Shown: one piece after another, positions 1 through 9,801 of the stretch
How positions within the stretch are numbered: the stretch's first letter is position 1
How the letters are laid out: every line of letters begins with the position of its first letter
Source: a virus
Lineage: Duplodnaviria > Heunggongvirae > Uroviricota > Caudoviricetes
Length of the DNA stretch: 64,000 bases
Strand: one strand, 5' to 3'
Virus record (IMG/VR): IMGVR_UViG_3300046513_000108
Span: 26,391-90,390 of that record
The notes under the pieces: model-generated
What the model saw: the letters and a program-made list of their open reading frames with translations, nothing else
Databases searched by the model: none
What the model was told of the DNA's origin: nothing
Program-made: the position numbers and the translations under genes

Positions 1-596
1 GGATGTGTTACCTTTACTCTAACCGATTGAGCACTTAAATTAAGAAATGCAACAGTATCTACAATAGACGAAAAAGTAACTACAGCATCAATTGTATTAG
101 AGTTTGTTGTCTGACTTTGAACGCTTTGATCGAACATCTTCCAACGATTTGTACTTCCTGTATTAATCCAATTTGTCCCGTCATCTGTAGAAGGATTTTT
201 GTTATAATTCAAAGAAGCTTTAGCTGTATGCGTGCCAGATTGAGTGCCAGTTGTATTGATCGCTGCACCACCAGGAGTTGCAGAAAGGTTGAAAGTATTT
301 GCTGTAGGAGCAAGAATGTAGTATACTGTTCCTGCTACAATACCTGTAGGCAGAGCACCCGTAGTGGATGCTTGCCAAGGTGTGTTTGCCACTTGTCCAT
401 GTCCTGTCATTGTTACAACAGCCGGGGAGGCAATAGTTATGGTTACTGTACTTGTCACTCCAAGTTTAGATTGGAATGTACGATGGCTATTTGTTGCGTC
501 ATACTGTACAATATCCCCAAGAACATATACTGTGCTAGCACTCCACGCTGTTGCACTGGTAGCACTCACGTTACTTGAGACTAATGCACTGTCCAC
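1..596 (-). CDS. tail protein immediately downstream of the tape measure; 5' portion only, continues beyond window position 1
   Basis: open minus-strand frame from about 623 to the window edge (…VDSALVSSNVSATSATAWSAS…NRWKMFDQSVQSQT…), AAGGAG RBS at 630-635; no ATG follows the RBS, so the start (GUG 596 or AUU 623) is uncertain; absent from the ORF track because it runs off the window. Confidence 0.5.
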   Translation of the reverse strand, partial: MDSALVSSNVSATSATAWSASTVYVLGDIVQYDATNSHRTFQSKLGVTSTVTITIASPAVVTMTGHGQVANTPWQASTTGALPTGIVAGTVYYILAPTANTFNLSATPGGAAINTTGTQSGTHTAKASLNYNKNPSTDDGTNWINTGSTNRWKMFDQSVQSQTTNSNTIDAVVTFSSIVDTVAFLNLSAQSVRVKVTH

Positions 597-643
597 AACA
601 GTTTGAGGACTTACTATTTTAATTTTATATCTCCTTGAAAGAA

Positions 644-659
644 GGGGGCAAAAGCCCCC
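644..659 (-). terminator. GC hairpin GGGGGC-AAAA-GCCCCC between tape measure and next tail gene; possible intra-operon attenuator or RNA stability element
   Basis: perfect 6-bp GC stem with 4-nt loop; on the minus strand it is followed by TTCTTTC, which is only weakly U-rich. Confidence 0.25.
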
Positions 660-665
660 ATTCCA

Positions 666-3600
666 TTACACTTCTCGTGTGGCAGGTAATCCGTCTTGAT
701 CCCAACGACGATCAATCTGTAACATCTCTCTCAGATATCCAACTACTGCAATATCTCCAGAAACAATTGCTTGCTTCAAGTCTTCAATGGAAGCTTTCAG
801 AGAGTTAATATCTTGAGAAGAACTACTACTTGCACTATCTGCTTGGCGAGAGAGGTTTGCATTGTCGGCAGCGGTCATAACTCGCTCGCCTTTGTGAAGC
901 TCTGCAATATAACCGTCGAACGGAACATAACCTAAACCGGATGCATGGCTACCATCTACGTATGCTCCATTGCGCATGAAGTCCCAGACAGTGTTTTCCC
1001 AGAAGAACGGATTAGACTCAGAACCACCTGTACCAGAGCCAATAGGGTTGACGTACATACTACCAAGACCACCACCGCCATTGCTAGGAATACTACCACT
1101 ACTACCTGTTCCACTATAAGTAGGGCTAGGATTACCACCTACACTACCTCCCGCACCTACCGCAGCATTAACAGCAGCATTGAAATTAGCAATAGCAGAT
1201 GTCACAGAAAGAACAGCAGTTTGAATTCCATTCAATGCATCAATTTGTAATTGAGCCGCATCAATAACCTTATCCAACTTGGCTATTTCGTCATTGTGAT
1301 GACTTTCAGCAGCAGATAATTGAGCATCTGTAGAATTTTGAATTGCTGTAATTGTATCATTCAAACGTTCAACTGTCAATTCTGCAAAACTCTTGCTAAT
1401 AGTGGTTTCATTAACTAAGCCAGAAATTAAATTGGCTGTCTTAGCTTGATCCAAAGCATATTCTTCAAATGTTGCGAAGAACTGCTTAGAGTCACCAGAA
1501 ACATTTCCAAGGGCATCATTTAATCCAGAGGCTTTAGATAAGTCTGTTCCACGAATAGATGCCAAATAAGTTTGAGCAGAAACACGGCGAGCTTTATCTA
1601 GCGCCACAGATTCAACTTTTGTGCTAACCAAAGCATTCTGCAAGCTACTTAAAATACCTGACAACGTACTGACAGTTTGTTTAGCAGTATCTAATTCAGT
1701 TTGAGCAGCATTTTTACGTGCCTCTCCAACCGCCTTAATAAATGCCACTTCTTGATTGTATCTGTCATTCTCCACAGACTTCTGTGCATCGACAGATTTT
1801 TTCAGTCTATTGAAAGAGGCATCTACAGCTTTCATGGCAGCTTCAAAAGCAGCTTTTTGTGCCTCTTCAGCAGCTTCAGCAGCGTCTTTAGCAGCCTGTG
1901 CAGCAGAATCAGCAGCATCAGCCACTTGTGCAAATGCAGGAGCTAAGTCTAGTAAATCATTGAACAGTTTTGCACCAGCTTCAGAAGTAAGGTCAAGTCC
2001 GTTGACAATATTTTTGAATTGCTCTTTAGTTGTTACACCAGCTAATCCGAGAGATGTCAATGCTTCATTAACTGCTTTCTTCACAGGAGCTATTTTCTCA
2101 GCATCCGTTAAGAAATCAGAAGCATAAGCTGTAACTTTAGAGCCAAGTTTATCAATACCACCAGCTAAATCAATCAGACGTTCACGAGCTTTATCCGATG
2201 CCAGCCCTACACTACCAAATGCTTGCTCTCCAGTTTTACCCAGAATCTCAACAATTTGATTTGTGATTTTGAAAGTTGCGGACAATCTTTCCAAAGTTTG
2301 AGAAGCAGTTTCACCCTGTCTTGCAAAGTCAGATATGTTAGGAATCAGCTTTGTAACAAACTCATCACCTAAATCTGTGAAGAATTTTGTTACAGCTTCT
2401 TGATTCTTTTGTGCATCAGTTCCAAATGCAATATCAAATTGTTTTGTGAAGCCATCTAATGCAGAAGTACCAACACCAACATCTTTAGCAAAATATCCTA
2501 CTGTAGATTTCAGTTGGTTAAAGCTACTGGTTAATGTATTTTGAATATCTGAAGTAATAGCAGATGTCTCTGTTCCCTTTTTATCGCTCCTGAACAAACC
2601 ACCCTTTTGAATCCAATTAGCATAGTTTTCACCAGTTGCTGCATCACCACTTAAAGTTCCGCGAATACCTTGCGACTGAATCTCTTTAGCTTTGTGTCCA
2701 AACAAACGATTAACAGAACCACCAATCAATCCACCAATTAAAGCCCCTAGTGGCCCACCAACAACAGCACCAACAATAGTACTAATGTTTACAGCAGTAT
2801 TCCCAGAGCTACCTAATGCAGAATAACCACCAGAGATTGCACGCCCACCATAAATTCCACCGGCAATCCCTGCTACAGCACTACCAGCAGTACCAATACC
2901 ATTAGCAAGAGAAGTATTTGCAATACCAGAAGTTGCCTCTCCTGTGTAGAAGCCAGAGTTAGGACCAAGAAGGTTTAGTCCACTCTGAGCTACATTAGAA
3001 ATTGAAGAGGCTAGCCCATCAAAACCACCGCTAATAGCTTTGTAAATATTGTTAGCAGCAGATGCCAAACTAATTGCACTTGAACCAGAAGAACTTCCAG
3101 CCATCTTACCAGCCGTTTCAGACAAGCTTGAGAAACCAAGCGTACCGGCTGTACTTGCAACAAGATTAAGAAGGATAGGTTTTGCAAACTCTTTTTTAAT
3201 ATAATCAAAGATTGTCTTTTTAAACATGTCTTTGATAGAGTTAGTTAAGGATTTCCAAATGCTTAATCCTTGATCGCGGGAACGTTCAAAACCTTCGATA
3301 GTTGCATCAACAATTTGATTAGCTGTTTTCTTCCAGTCTTCTAACTCGATGTTGTGAGTTTTGAGAATGGTTGTCCTGTCAATCTGTGCAATAGCATTGA
3401 CAGAAGATATCTTTGCTTTCTCATAAGCATCAATAGCCTTCTCGTCCCCTGTACCAGCAGCAGACTCAGCCTGTGCTAAATTGGAGGCAATAATCCTCTT
3501 AGCAGAATTTGCTTTAATTTCTACTTTCTTTTTCTCAGTATCAGCGAAAATCAGCAAGCTATCTGCCTGTGCTTTTTCTTCATCTTCCGCAGACTGTTGA

Positions 3601-6600
3601 CCAATCTTAGTGATATTGACCAAAGCCTTTGCAGCAGTTTCGTATGCAGCACTAGCAATATATGCAGCTTGAGCACCTTTAGTAATTGCATCTGTAAATT
3701 CTTCTTGTGCAACTTTTCCTTTGGCTAAATCAAGTGCTGTGAATTTTGCTTTACTACCATATTCAGACATTGCTTCAGCTTGAGCCATCAGAGCATCAGC
3801 ACGGCCACCCGCAGACTTAGTTTCAGACTCAAGCTTAATTCTGTATTCGATAGCTTTGTTTATGAGTTCAGCAGCCGCAGCTTGTTCTACGAAAGCATCA
3901 CGTTGCTCTACAGTTAGCTTGATAAAGTCCGCAGCTTTGTTTGCTTGACGCTCTAAGTTGCCCTTGCGGTCTGTATCACCTTTTGCAAAAGCTTCTTGTG
4001 CTGCTTTTTCTCCTGCAATGATACCTTGTGTTTTAAAACCAAGCTCTGTAAAGATTTTTGCACGTTCTTCATAATCCTTCTTCTCATCAGCATTCTTTGC
4101 AAGGATAAGTTCTTGTGCTGCAATTTTATCAGAAGCATACTTACCTTCTTCCTGATTAACTTTGATACGAGCTTGTTGTGTATCAGCAGCAATCTTCTCA
4201 CCAGCTAGATAAGACTTAATTAAAGCATCCCCACGAGCTTGATAACCAGCGGCTAACAGTTTTAGCTGTCGTTGTTCTTCTTCAAGGAAAGTTAATTGCT
4301 TCTGTGCTGCTTTATCAGCTTCAGGATTGAATGTTTGACTACCAGCACGCTCCCTTGCTTCCAACTCCGCGCCAAGAGTTTGAGCACGAATCATGGACTG
4401 CTGAAAGGCCGAACCTTTCCGAATTCTTTCCATGTCTTCTAGAGCTTTTCTATCTGCTTCTGCCGCATCTGTTTTAGCAGCGTTTAAAAGCTTCTGTGCT
4501 ATTGTGACTTGTTTAAGAGCTTTCTCAAGTGCTACCGCGTTCTTCAGGTCTTCTCCCTCCCTACCTGTACCGGAACTGGAGCTTAGTCTTGAGACATCTC
4601 TTTGTGCATCATTTAAGGCTTTCTGGGCCGCATCAACAGAAGAGTTGTTGATATCTTTTTGCTTTTCAAGTGCAAGTCTCTTGTTAGCCTCAGTTTGAGC
4701 ATCTGTTAAAGTAATACCTTTACTGATTTGCTCATTCACTAGTTCAATACGAGTAGCTTCCTCAGACAAAGATTTTAAAAAGTCTGTGTTGTAGTCAACA
4801 GCAGCTTGACGTTTCGATTCTGCTAATTTTGTAGTATTATCGGTAGCGTCTTTGGCGTGCAACGAGTATAATGCGAAAACAGCAGTTGCAGCAGCTAATG
4901 CTGCCCCAATTCCGGGGATAACTCTTGTCAGAGCCAACATACTTGTAGTAGTAGTGGCTGTTGCAACCCCCATAGCACTCATGCCAACAGCAGCAGTTTG
5001 AGTAGCGCCACCTAATGTAAGTACGGCCATACCAACCGCTTCAATTGCAGGAATCATGGTTGTGAATAACGCACCACCAGCGACAATGGCTTTGTAAGTT
5101 AAAAACAACTCAACTAACATTGTCAACGGGCCAATGTTTTCTGCAATTGCTTTTGCAACAGAGACAAATCCTCGTGCCACATTTTCAACAGCCGTTTTAA
5201 ATTCTTGAGATGCAAATCCATCCCTTAATATACGAGAAACACGTTGTACATCCGGCTCAATAACTTTGAAAGCATCACCTAAGGAAGTTTTTAGAGAGTT
5301 GGCAGTTGCTTTGAATAAGTTCTCTGTGGATAGTGCCTGTTGAGATGCCGCAATAACAGCAGCCCCGGCTGAATCTTGCACTTGTGCCTGAATTTCCTCA
5401 AGACGATTCTTGTACTTCAATGTACCATCAGCTAAACGTTCTTGGCTTTCTGCCGCCGTATTGTACAAAGAGATTAATGCTTGGATATCTCTAAGAGAAC
5501 GTTCACCAAACTGCGCCGTGATTAACTCCTTCTGGGAGTTTAAATCAAATTTATTCAACGCCTTGGCATAACCTTCAATCGCAGGAACAATTTCCTTAAC
5601 TTTACCGTTTGTATCTTGGAAGGAAAAACCTAAAGCATCTACTGCCTTCTTTGCTTTCTCTGTTTCTGCACGAGCATTAGCATAAAAGTTAGTAATAGCA
5701 GTACCAGCAGCCGTGTTTTTAATACCTAACTGTGCTAATGCAGCAGATTGTGTTAAGATGTCTTCAAATGAAGCGCCATATAATTTATTAACTACGGAAG
5801 CTCTTTTAACTGTCTCCGCAATACTATCAACAGATGCCAAAGAGATATTAGCTGTCTTCTGAATAGCATCGGCAAGATAGTCATATTCTGCTGATGTAGC
5901 ACCTACCGCAGTCCCGATAGTGACGAGAGCTTCCGCAGATTTCTCAATAGTAGTACCACCAGATGTTGCTAGATTCAAAGCTGCACCAATAGCTGTGACA
6001 GCTTGTTTAGCAGATAAACCGGCTAATGTCAATGTCTCTAGTGCTTTAGCAACTTCTTGAGGGCCATAAATACCTTGACCTAGATCAGAAATGGTCTTTC
6101 CTAACAGAGCTACTTCTTCAATAGTAGATTCAGTACGGACACGGATGTTCTCCAAAGTGCTTTGTACATCTACACCAACCGTCACTATAGCCTTCAGAGA
6201 AGCGCCAATAGCCGCACCAGCGGCAAGGGGGATTACATTACCATAAGTTAACCACAAAGCTCCTAGAGAGCCAGATAAGCCTCTGGCAGCAGCATGTGCG
6301 TCATTCATTGCAGCAGTGTTATGCACAATAGTTACGGTAGACTGGTTGACAGCACCCGAACCTTGTTGTAATCTACCATTCAGCGAAGTGATTTCACGTT
6401 GAAGGTTCGTAACAGAGGTTGTCAAGGATTTCAGTGCTGCGTCAGATGCTTGTGTAGAACGATTCACAACGGAGAGGGCATCTGTCATTGCTTTAGTGGA
6501 AGATGCTCCCGCAGCGAATTGTTTAACCATCTTGTCAACAGCATCGACAAGGTTTTGTACTTTTTTTTCTGTGTTCGCAGCAGCAGTGCCAAGAGAATTC

Positions 6601-6665
6601 AATTGATTTGTTGTCTGTTGAATTCCTTCTGACTTCACTTTTACGTTAAGAGATGCAATATCCAT
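666..6665 (-). CDS. tail tape measure protein (1999 aa)
   Basis: very long Ala/Gln/Lys-rich coiled-coil ORF; N-terminal TP901-like tape measure region; hydrophobic central segment; Gly-rich C-terminus; sits downstream of the chaperone pair and major tail protein. Confidence 0.9.
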   Translation of the reverse strand: MDIASLNVKVKSEGIQQTTNQLNSLGTAAANTEKKVQNLVDAVDKMVKQFAAGASSTKAMTDALSVVNRSTQASDAALKSLTTSVTNLQREITSLNGRLQQGSGAVNQSTVTIVHNTAAMNDAHAAARGLSGSLGALWLTYGNVIPLAAGAAIGASLKAIVTVGVDVQSTLENIRVRTESTIEEVALLGKTISDLGQGIYGPQEVAKALETLTLAGLSAKQAVTAIGAALNLATSGGTTIEKSAEALVTIGTAVGATSAEYDYLADAIQKTANISLASVDSIAETVKRASVVNKLYGASFEDILTQSAALAQLGIKNTAAGTAITNFYANARAETEKAKKAVDALGFSFQDTNGKVKEIVPAIEGYAKALNKFDLNSQKELITAQFGERSLRDIQALISLYNTAAESQERLADGTLKYKNRLEEIQAQVQDSAGAAVIAASQQALSTENLFKATANSLKTSLGDAFKVIEPDVQRVSRILRDGFASQEFKTAVENVARGFVSVAKAIAENIGPLTMLVELFLTYKAIVAGGALFTTMIPAIEAVGMAVLTLGGATQTAAVGMSAMGVATATTTTSMLALTRVIPGIGAALAAATAVFALYSLHAKDATDNTTKLAESKRQAAVDYNTDFLKSLSEEATRIELVNEQISKGITLTDAQTEANKRLALEKQKDINNSSVDAAQKALNDAQRDVSRLSSSSGTGREGEDLKNAVALEKALKQVTIAQKLLNAAKTDAAEADRKALEDMERIRKGSAFQQSMIRAQTLGAELEARERAGSQTFNPEADKAAQKQLTFLEEEQRQLKLLAAGYQARGDALIKSYLAGEKIAADTQQARIKVNQEEGKYASDKIAAQELILAKNADEKKDYEERAKIFTELGFKTQGIIAGEKAAQEAFAKGDTDRKGNLERQANKAADFIKLTVEQRDAFVEQAAAAELINKAIEYRIKLESETKSAGGRADALMAQAEAMSEYGSKAKFTALDLAKGKVAQEEFTDAITKGAQAAYIASAAYETAAKALVNITKIGQQSAEDEEKAQADSLLIFADTEKKKVEIKANSAKRIIASNLAQAESAAGTGDEKAIDAYEKAKISSVNAIAQIDRTTILKTHNIELEDWKKTANQIVDATIEGFERSRDQGLSIWKSLTNSIKDMFKKTIFDYIKKEFAKPILLNLVASTAGTLGFSSLSETAGKMAGSSSGSSAISLASAANNIYKAISGGFDGLASSISNVAQSGLNLLGPNSGFYTGEATSGIANTSLANGIGTAGSAVAGIAGGIYGGRAISGGYSALGSSGNTAVNISTIVGAVVGGPLGALIGGLIGGSVNRLFGHKAKEIQSQGIRGTLSGDAATGENYANWIQKGGLFRSDKKGTETSAITSDIQNTLTSSFNQLKSTVGYFAKDVGVGTSALDGFTKQFDIAFGTDAQKNQEAVTKFFTDLGDEFVTKLIPNISDFARQGETASQTLERLSATFKITNQIVEILGKTGEQAFGSVGLASDKARERLIDLAGGIDKLGSKVTAYASDFLTDAEKIAPVKKAVNEALTSLGLAGVTTKEQFKNIVNGLDLTSEAGAKLFNDLLDLAPAFAQVADAADSAAQAAKDAAEAAEEAQKAAFEAAMKAVDASFNRLKKSVDAQKSVENDRYNQEVAFIKAVGEARKNAAQTELDTAKQTVSTLSGILSSLQNALVSTKVESVALDKARRVSAQTYLASIRGTDLSKASGLNDALGNVSGDSKQFFATFEEYALDQAKTANLISGLVNETTISKSFAELTVERLNDTITAIQNSTDAQLSAAESHHNDEIAKLDKVIDAAQLQIDALNGIQTAVLSVTSAIANFNAAVNAAVGAGGSVGGNPSPTYSGTGSSGSIPSNGGGGLGSMYVNPIGSGTGGSESNPFFWENTVWDFMRNGAYVDGSHASGLGYVPFDGYIAELHKGERVMTAADNANLSRQADSASSSSSQDINSLKASIEDLKQAIVSGDIAVVGYLREMLQIDRRWDQDGLPATREV

Positions 6666-6668
6666 ACT

Positions 6669-7085
6669 TTATTTCTTTCTAAAGGATCGTAACATATTCA
6701 TTAAAGCTAGTGCTTTTCGTTTCTCAGCTTCTTCGTCAATTTCATCCTCGTTATACAGGGAGAATGGACGTTTCCGTGAGGGGTCTGTTGCTTTATGATA
6801 TTCAGAACAATAAGCTTCAGACATTTTTCTAAGTGTTTCAATTTCCCATAAAGTAAGAGACAATTTATTTTCTAAACGCCATGCACGTTGCTCTTGCCAA
6901 GAGATAGGGATTAGCCCCATACCTGTAGACATTGCTTGACCCATATCAAAGAAAAAGCCAAGCATCGGACTGAACGCAGAATCGAATTCTGGTAATTCAG
7001 CGTCAGCTTGGCCTTCTGAGTTAGCTTGTAACTCTTCTAATCTTGATTGGTTCTTTCCTTTTGGAACAGATGAATACCATCCCAA
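6669..7085 (-). CDS. putative tail assembly chaperone (lambda gpT-like position)
   Basis: 138-aa ORF directly upstream of the tape measure; call is by synteny only. Confidence 0.4.
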   Translation of the reverse strand: MGWYSSVPKGKNQSRLEELQANSEGQADAELPEFDSAFSPMLGFFFDMGQAMSTGMGLIPISWQEQRAWRLENKLSLTLWEIETLRKMSEAYCSEYHKATDPSRKRPFSLYNEDEIDEEAEKRKALALMNMLRSFRKK

Positions 7086-7114
7086 TTGGCGTGCGTAAAG
7101 AATTAAATTATCTC

Positions 7115-7504
7115 TTACTTCTTGAAGAAATTTGTTTGAATGCTCGCAAAGTCACTCACTTGCTCACGAATCCAAGATACGGTATCATCGCTATACATAG
7201 CTTTGAATTGTTCTTTAGATTCTACAGGGCCATCATATTCCAGATTTTCCGAGCTAGAAGAGATAGCTGCGAGGAATTCAATCGATTCATCTTTGCGCTC
7301 TTGTAAGGATGCTTCACGATTGCCACGCTTCTTTGCTTTAGCCATTAGTACGTCTACTGCCTTACGATGTTGAGCACTAGAAGCACCATAGATAGAGATA
7401 GTAACAGGCTTGCCGCTGTCCTCCAGTTCCGCCCCTGTCTCTGGGTCAACCAGATTTAGAGTTGCGATTTCAGCATACGATTTAGCTTTTGGGTTAAATG
7501 CCAT
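7115..7504 (-). CDS. putative tail assembly chaperone (lambda gpG-like position)
   Basis: 129-aa acidic ORF between major tail protein and tape measure; call is by synteny only. Confidence 0.4.
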   Translation of the reverse strand: MAFNPKAKSYAEIATLNLVDPETGAELEDSGKPVTISIYGASSAQHRKAVDVLMAKAKKRGNREASLQERKDESIEFLAAISSSSENLEYDGPVESKEQFKAMYSDDTVSWIREQVSDFASIQTNFFKK

Positions 7505-7650
7505 TGTGTGTTTCCTTTACTTTGTTTTGTTATTGTGCTATATTTGCACATGTAGATCAGTTTGCCCTCTGCCGAAAGCTCCCTGTTAAAAATACTCTGA
7601 GATTTGGAATACGTTTAAAAGGGAGTCCTATTTCTAGGACAGTTTCCCCT

Positions 7651-7680
7651 AAACAAAAAGAGAGGCAGTTTCCCCCTCTC
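7651..7680 (-). terminator. rho-independent terminator or attenuator after the major tail protein gene
   Basis: minus strand GAGAGG-GGGAAACTG-CCTCTC followed by TTTTTGTTT. Confidence 0.5.
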
Positions 7681-7727
7681 TTGATGTCCAGAGTATATCA
7701 CAAACAGACAATCAAGTCAAATTACAA

Positions 7728-8183
7728 TTATACAGACAGAATTTCGTTGTCAATTGCCACTTGAACGCTAAAACCTAAGATGGAGTCAGCATTTGCCACG
7801 TTAGTTTGATTCGATGCTACCACACCAGTGAAGTAATCCACCTGACCTAAAGCGGTTGGATAGACAACTTTAAATGCAGTGGAGGCGCGGGAAGTGAAGA
7901 ACGAACGCAGAGCAGTTAAGCCAGCATCAGTAGTACGAGCACCTTGCAAATCCATTGTGCCATAATCCACGGAGCCAGTACGTTTCACAACAGCCGAAGT
8001 ATCAACTGGAATGTGGGTAACGATGTTAGTCTGACCACCTAAAGTACCGAAGTTAGAAATTTCACCTACTTTCGTCCAAGTAACAGCAGCAAAACCAGCA
8101 CCATCATAAGTAGTTGGTTTGGTTGCGCCAATGTAGAAAGAAGTAGTGGCGCTAGTAATCGCCAAAGAGGTTGCTACGGGCAT
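7728..8183 (-). CDS. major tail (tube) protein
   Basis: 151-aa ORF with siphovirus major-tail-like sequence (…GFAAVTWTKVGEISNFGTLGGQTNIVT…); sits upstream of the chaperones and tape measure and is followed by a strong terminator. Confidence 0.65.
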   Translation of the reverse strand: MPVATSLAITSATTSFYIGATKPTTYDGAGFAAVTWTKVGEISNFGTLGGQTNIVTHIPVDTSAVVKRTGSVDYGTMDLQGARTTDAGLTALRSFFTSRASTAFKVVYPTALGQVDYFTGVVASNQTNVANADSILGFSVQVAIDNEILSV

Positions 8184-8201
8184 TATTATTCCTTTACAAA
8201 A

Positions 8202-8540
8202 TTAAACATACAGATGAGCAGTAACGCCCGTTCCACCTGTCACTGCAATAGTGCCAGATAGGAATGCAGAGATAGTTGCTAGATTCAGAATCACAGTGCC
8301 TGTAGCAGGGACAGTAATAGCTTTACCAGCCGAAATATCTACAGTGCCACCAAAACCCGCAGGGGCAATAGTAGTGGCTGTAGAGCCATCGATTGTTACA
8401 ACGACTGGAGAGCCTGTGGTGTTATACAGTTCCAGAATGCCAGAGGACACCGGCAGCACATCAGATGCCGATAGGACGTTACGAGTTGCTGTAACAGGGC
8501 CATTAGAACCTGTTAAAGTTGTCGCTACAAGGGTTGCCAT
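8202..8540 (-). CDS. Thr/Gly/Ala-rich beta-rich structural protein (Ig-like?)
   Basis: 112-aa ORF in the structural operon. Confidence 0.5.
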   Translation of the reverse strand: MATLVATTLTGSNGPVTATRNVLSASDVLPVSSGILELYNTTGSPVVVTIDGSTATTIAPAGFGGTVDISAGKAITVPATGTVILNLATISAFLSGTIAVTGGTGVTAHLYV

Positions 8541-8602
8541 TTATTATTTCCTTTTAAAATTACATTGCAATGTATTTTAGTGCTAAATTTAAGCACAAAT
8601 TT

Positions 8603-8995
8603 TCAGGATTCTTGACGATATTCAATCGTAATTGGAATCACTCTGAAACCACTATCAATCATTGCCTTACCAATTTGAGGATGACTTTCAATACTCACAG
8701 TAGGGAATGCTTGTTTATTATAAGAAGGGTACAGAGAAGCAATTGCTTCAGCTAACTCCTCAACGTGTTTACTCCCTTGACCGTCAGGAGCACATACGTC
8801 AATTTGCACCATCCCGATTGTTCTTTTTCTTACAAATTCCACATCCGGGTTAGAAATTACTTTGTTCAAGAAGAATATTCTTAAATAGTCTCCTGAAGTA
8901 GGTTTTGTGAATGCTTTCCCCTCCCACGCAACAGGGATATTATTAGCAGTAGCATATGTTGCTAAAGGAGATTCTAATTCTGTTCTAATTGTCAT
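8603..8995 (-). CDS. putative tail terminator or tail completion protein
   Basis: 130-aa ORF between the gp10-like neck protein and the tail tube gene; overlaps its neighbour by 4 nt. Confidence 0.4.
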   Translation of the reverse strand: MTIRTELESPLATYATANNIPVAWEGKAFTKPTSGDYLRIFFLNKVISNPDVEFVRKRTIGMVQIDVCAPDGQGSKHVEELAEAIASLYPSYNKQAFPTVSIESHPQIGKAMIDSGFRVIPITIEYRQES

Positions 8996-9444
8996 TGTTT
9001 GAATATCCCTTTAACTTTTACAACTGCATTTCTAAGAGGAGCATATGGGCCAATAAATCCGGAGTAACCATCTTCTTCAGGCCATCCAAGATATTCCACA
9101 CGGTCAGCATACGGAATATTGTTTGTTAAAGATATGAATTCATCTTTGCCGAAGAAAGCCTTGGAATGACGGAGTAATTCGATTCTACCCCTACTCATAG
9201 AGGCTTTCTCATCAGGAATTGTCCCCACTGTAGAATCAAACTCATTGACTGCTACATACCAGCTATTAGCAAACAAACCTGTGGCATAAGCTCCGGGGTA
9301 GAGCGCACTATCTTGGAGTGGGGAGTAGTCAACAGCAACACTAAAGAATATAATACATTTGTTGATTATGTCATCAGAGATTGCTTTTTTCGCTTTAGCA
9401 TCAAACTTAAAAATATCATCAGCTAGTCCCATATATCCTCGCAA
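8992..9444 (-). CDS. HK97 gp10-like head-tail joining (neck) protein
   Basis: 150-aa ORF; position and composition fit the gp10 family. Confidence 0.45.
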   Translation of the reverse strand: MRGYMGLADDIFKFDAKAKKAISDDIINKCIIFFSVAVDYSPLQDSALYPGAYATGLFANSWYVAVNEFDSTVGTIPDEKASMSRGRIELLRHSKAFFGKDEFISLTNNIPYADRVEYLGWPEEDGYSGFIGPYAPLRNAVVKVKGIFKQ

Positions 9445-9468
9445 TTATACAATCAAAGTTGTTTTTTG

Positions 9469-9795
9469 TCAATTTTTGGTAATATCTTGAATAAATTGAT
9501 AAGAGCCTTTATCCACTGTGAAAACAACACCGGCTTGATTTGTCAATTGGATATCATAATAGAAATATCCTACATTATCAGCCTGCATAGCTGATGGGGA
9601 AAATTCTACAATACCACTTGTGGGGTCATCCCAAGTGCCTGTTAATTGATAAACTTGCGTTGAACTGTCAATAGGATTATTTTGTGTACTTAGTGTCATT
9701 ACAACAGTAGAGCCAGTGAGGTCAGCAACTTCACCATTTACAGAAATCAATACTCGATCCGCCCCTGTGTCACCTCTGTATCTTTTTATAGTCAT
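9469..9795 (-). CDS. hypothetical structural protein
   Basis: 108-aa ORF within the structural operon. Confidence 0.5.
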   Translation of the reverse strand: MTIKRYRGDTGADRVLISVNGEVADLTGSTVVMTLSTQNNPIDSSTQVYQLTGTWDDPTSGIVEFSPSAMQADNVGYFYYDIQLTNQAGVVFTVDKGSYQFIQDITKN

Positions 9796-9801
9796 ATGAC
9801 C

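Noticed and set aside
117-606. plus-strand ORFs 117-578 and 364-606
   Set aside because: Antisense to the partial tail gene that runs off the window; Cys-rich.
7085-7115. lambda-style G/GT -1 frameshift
   Set aside because: The two ORFs do not overlap, and stops are present in both frames across the 29-nt gap.
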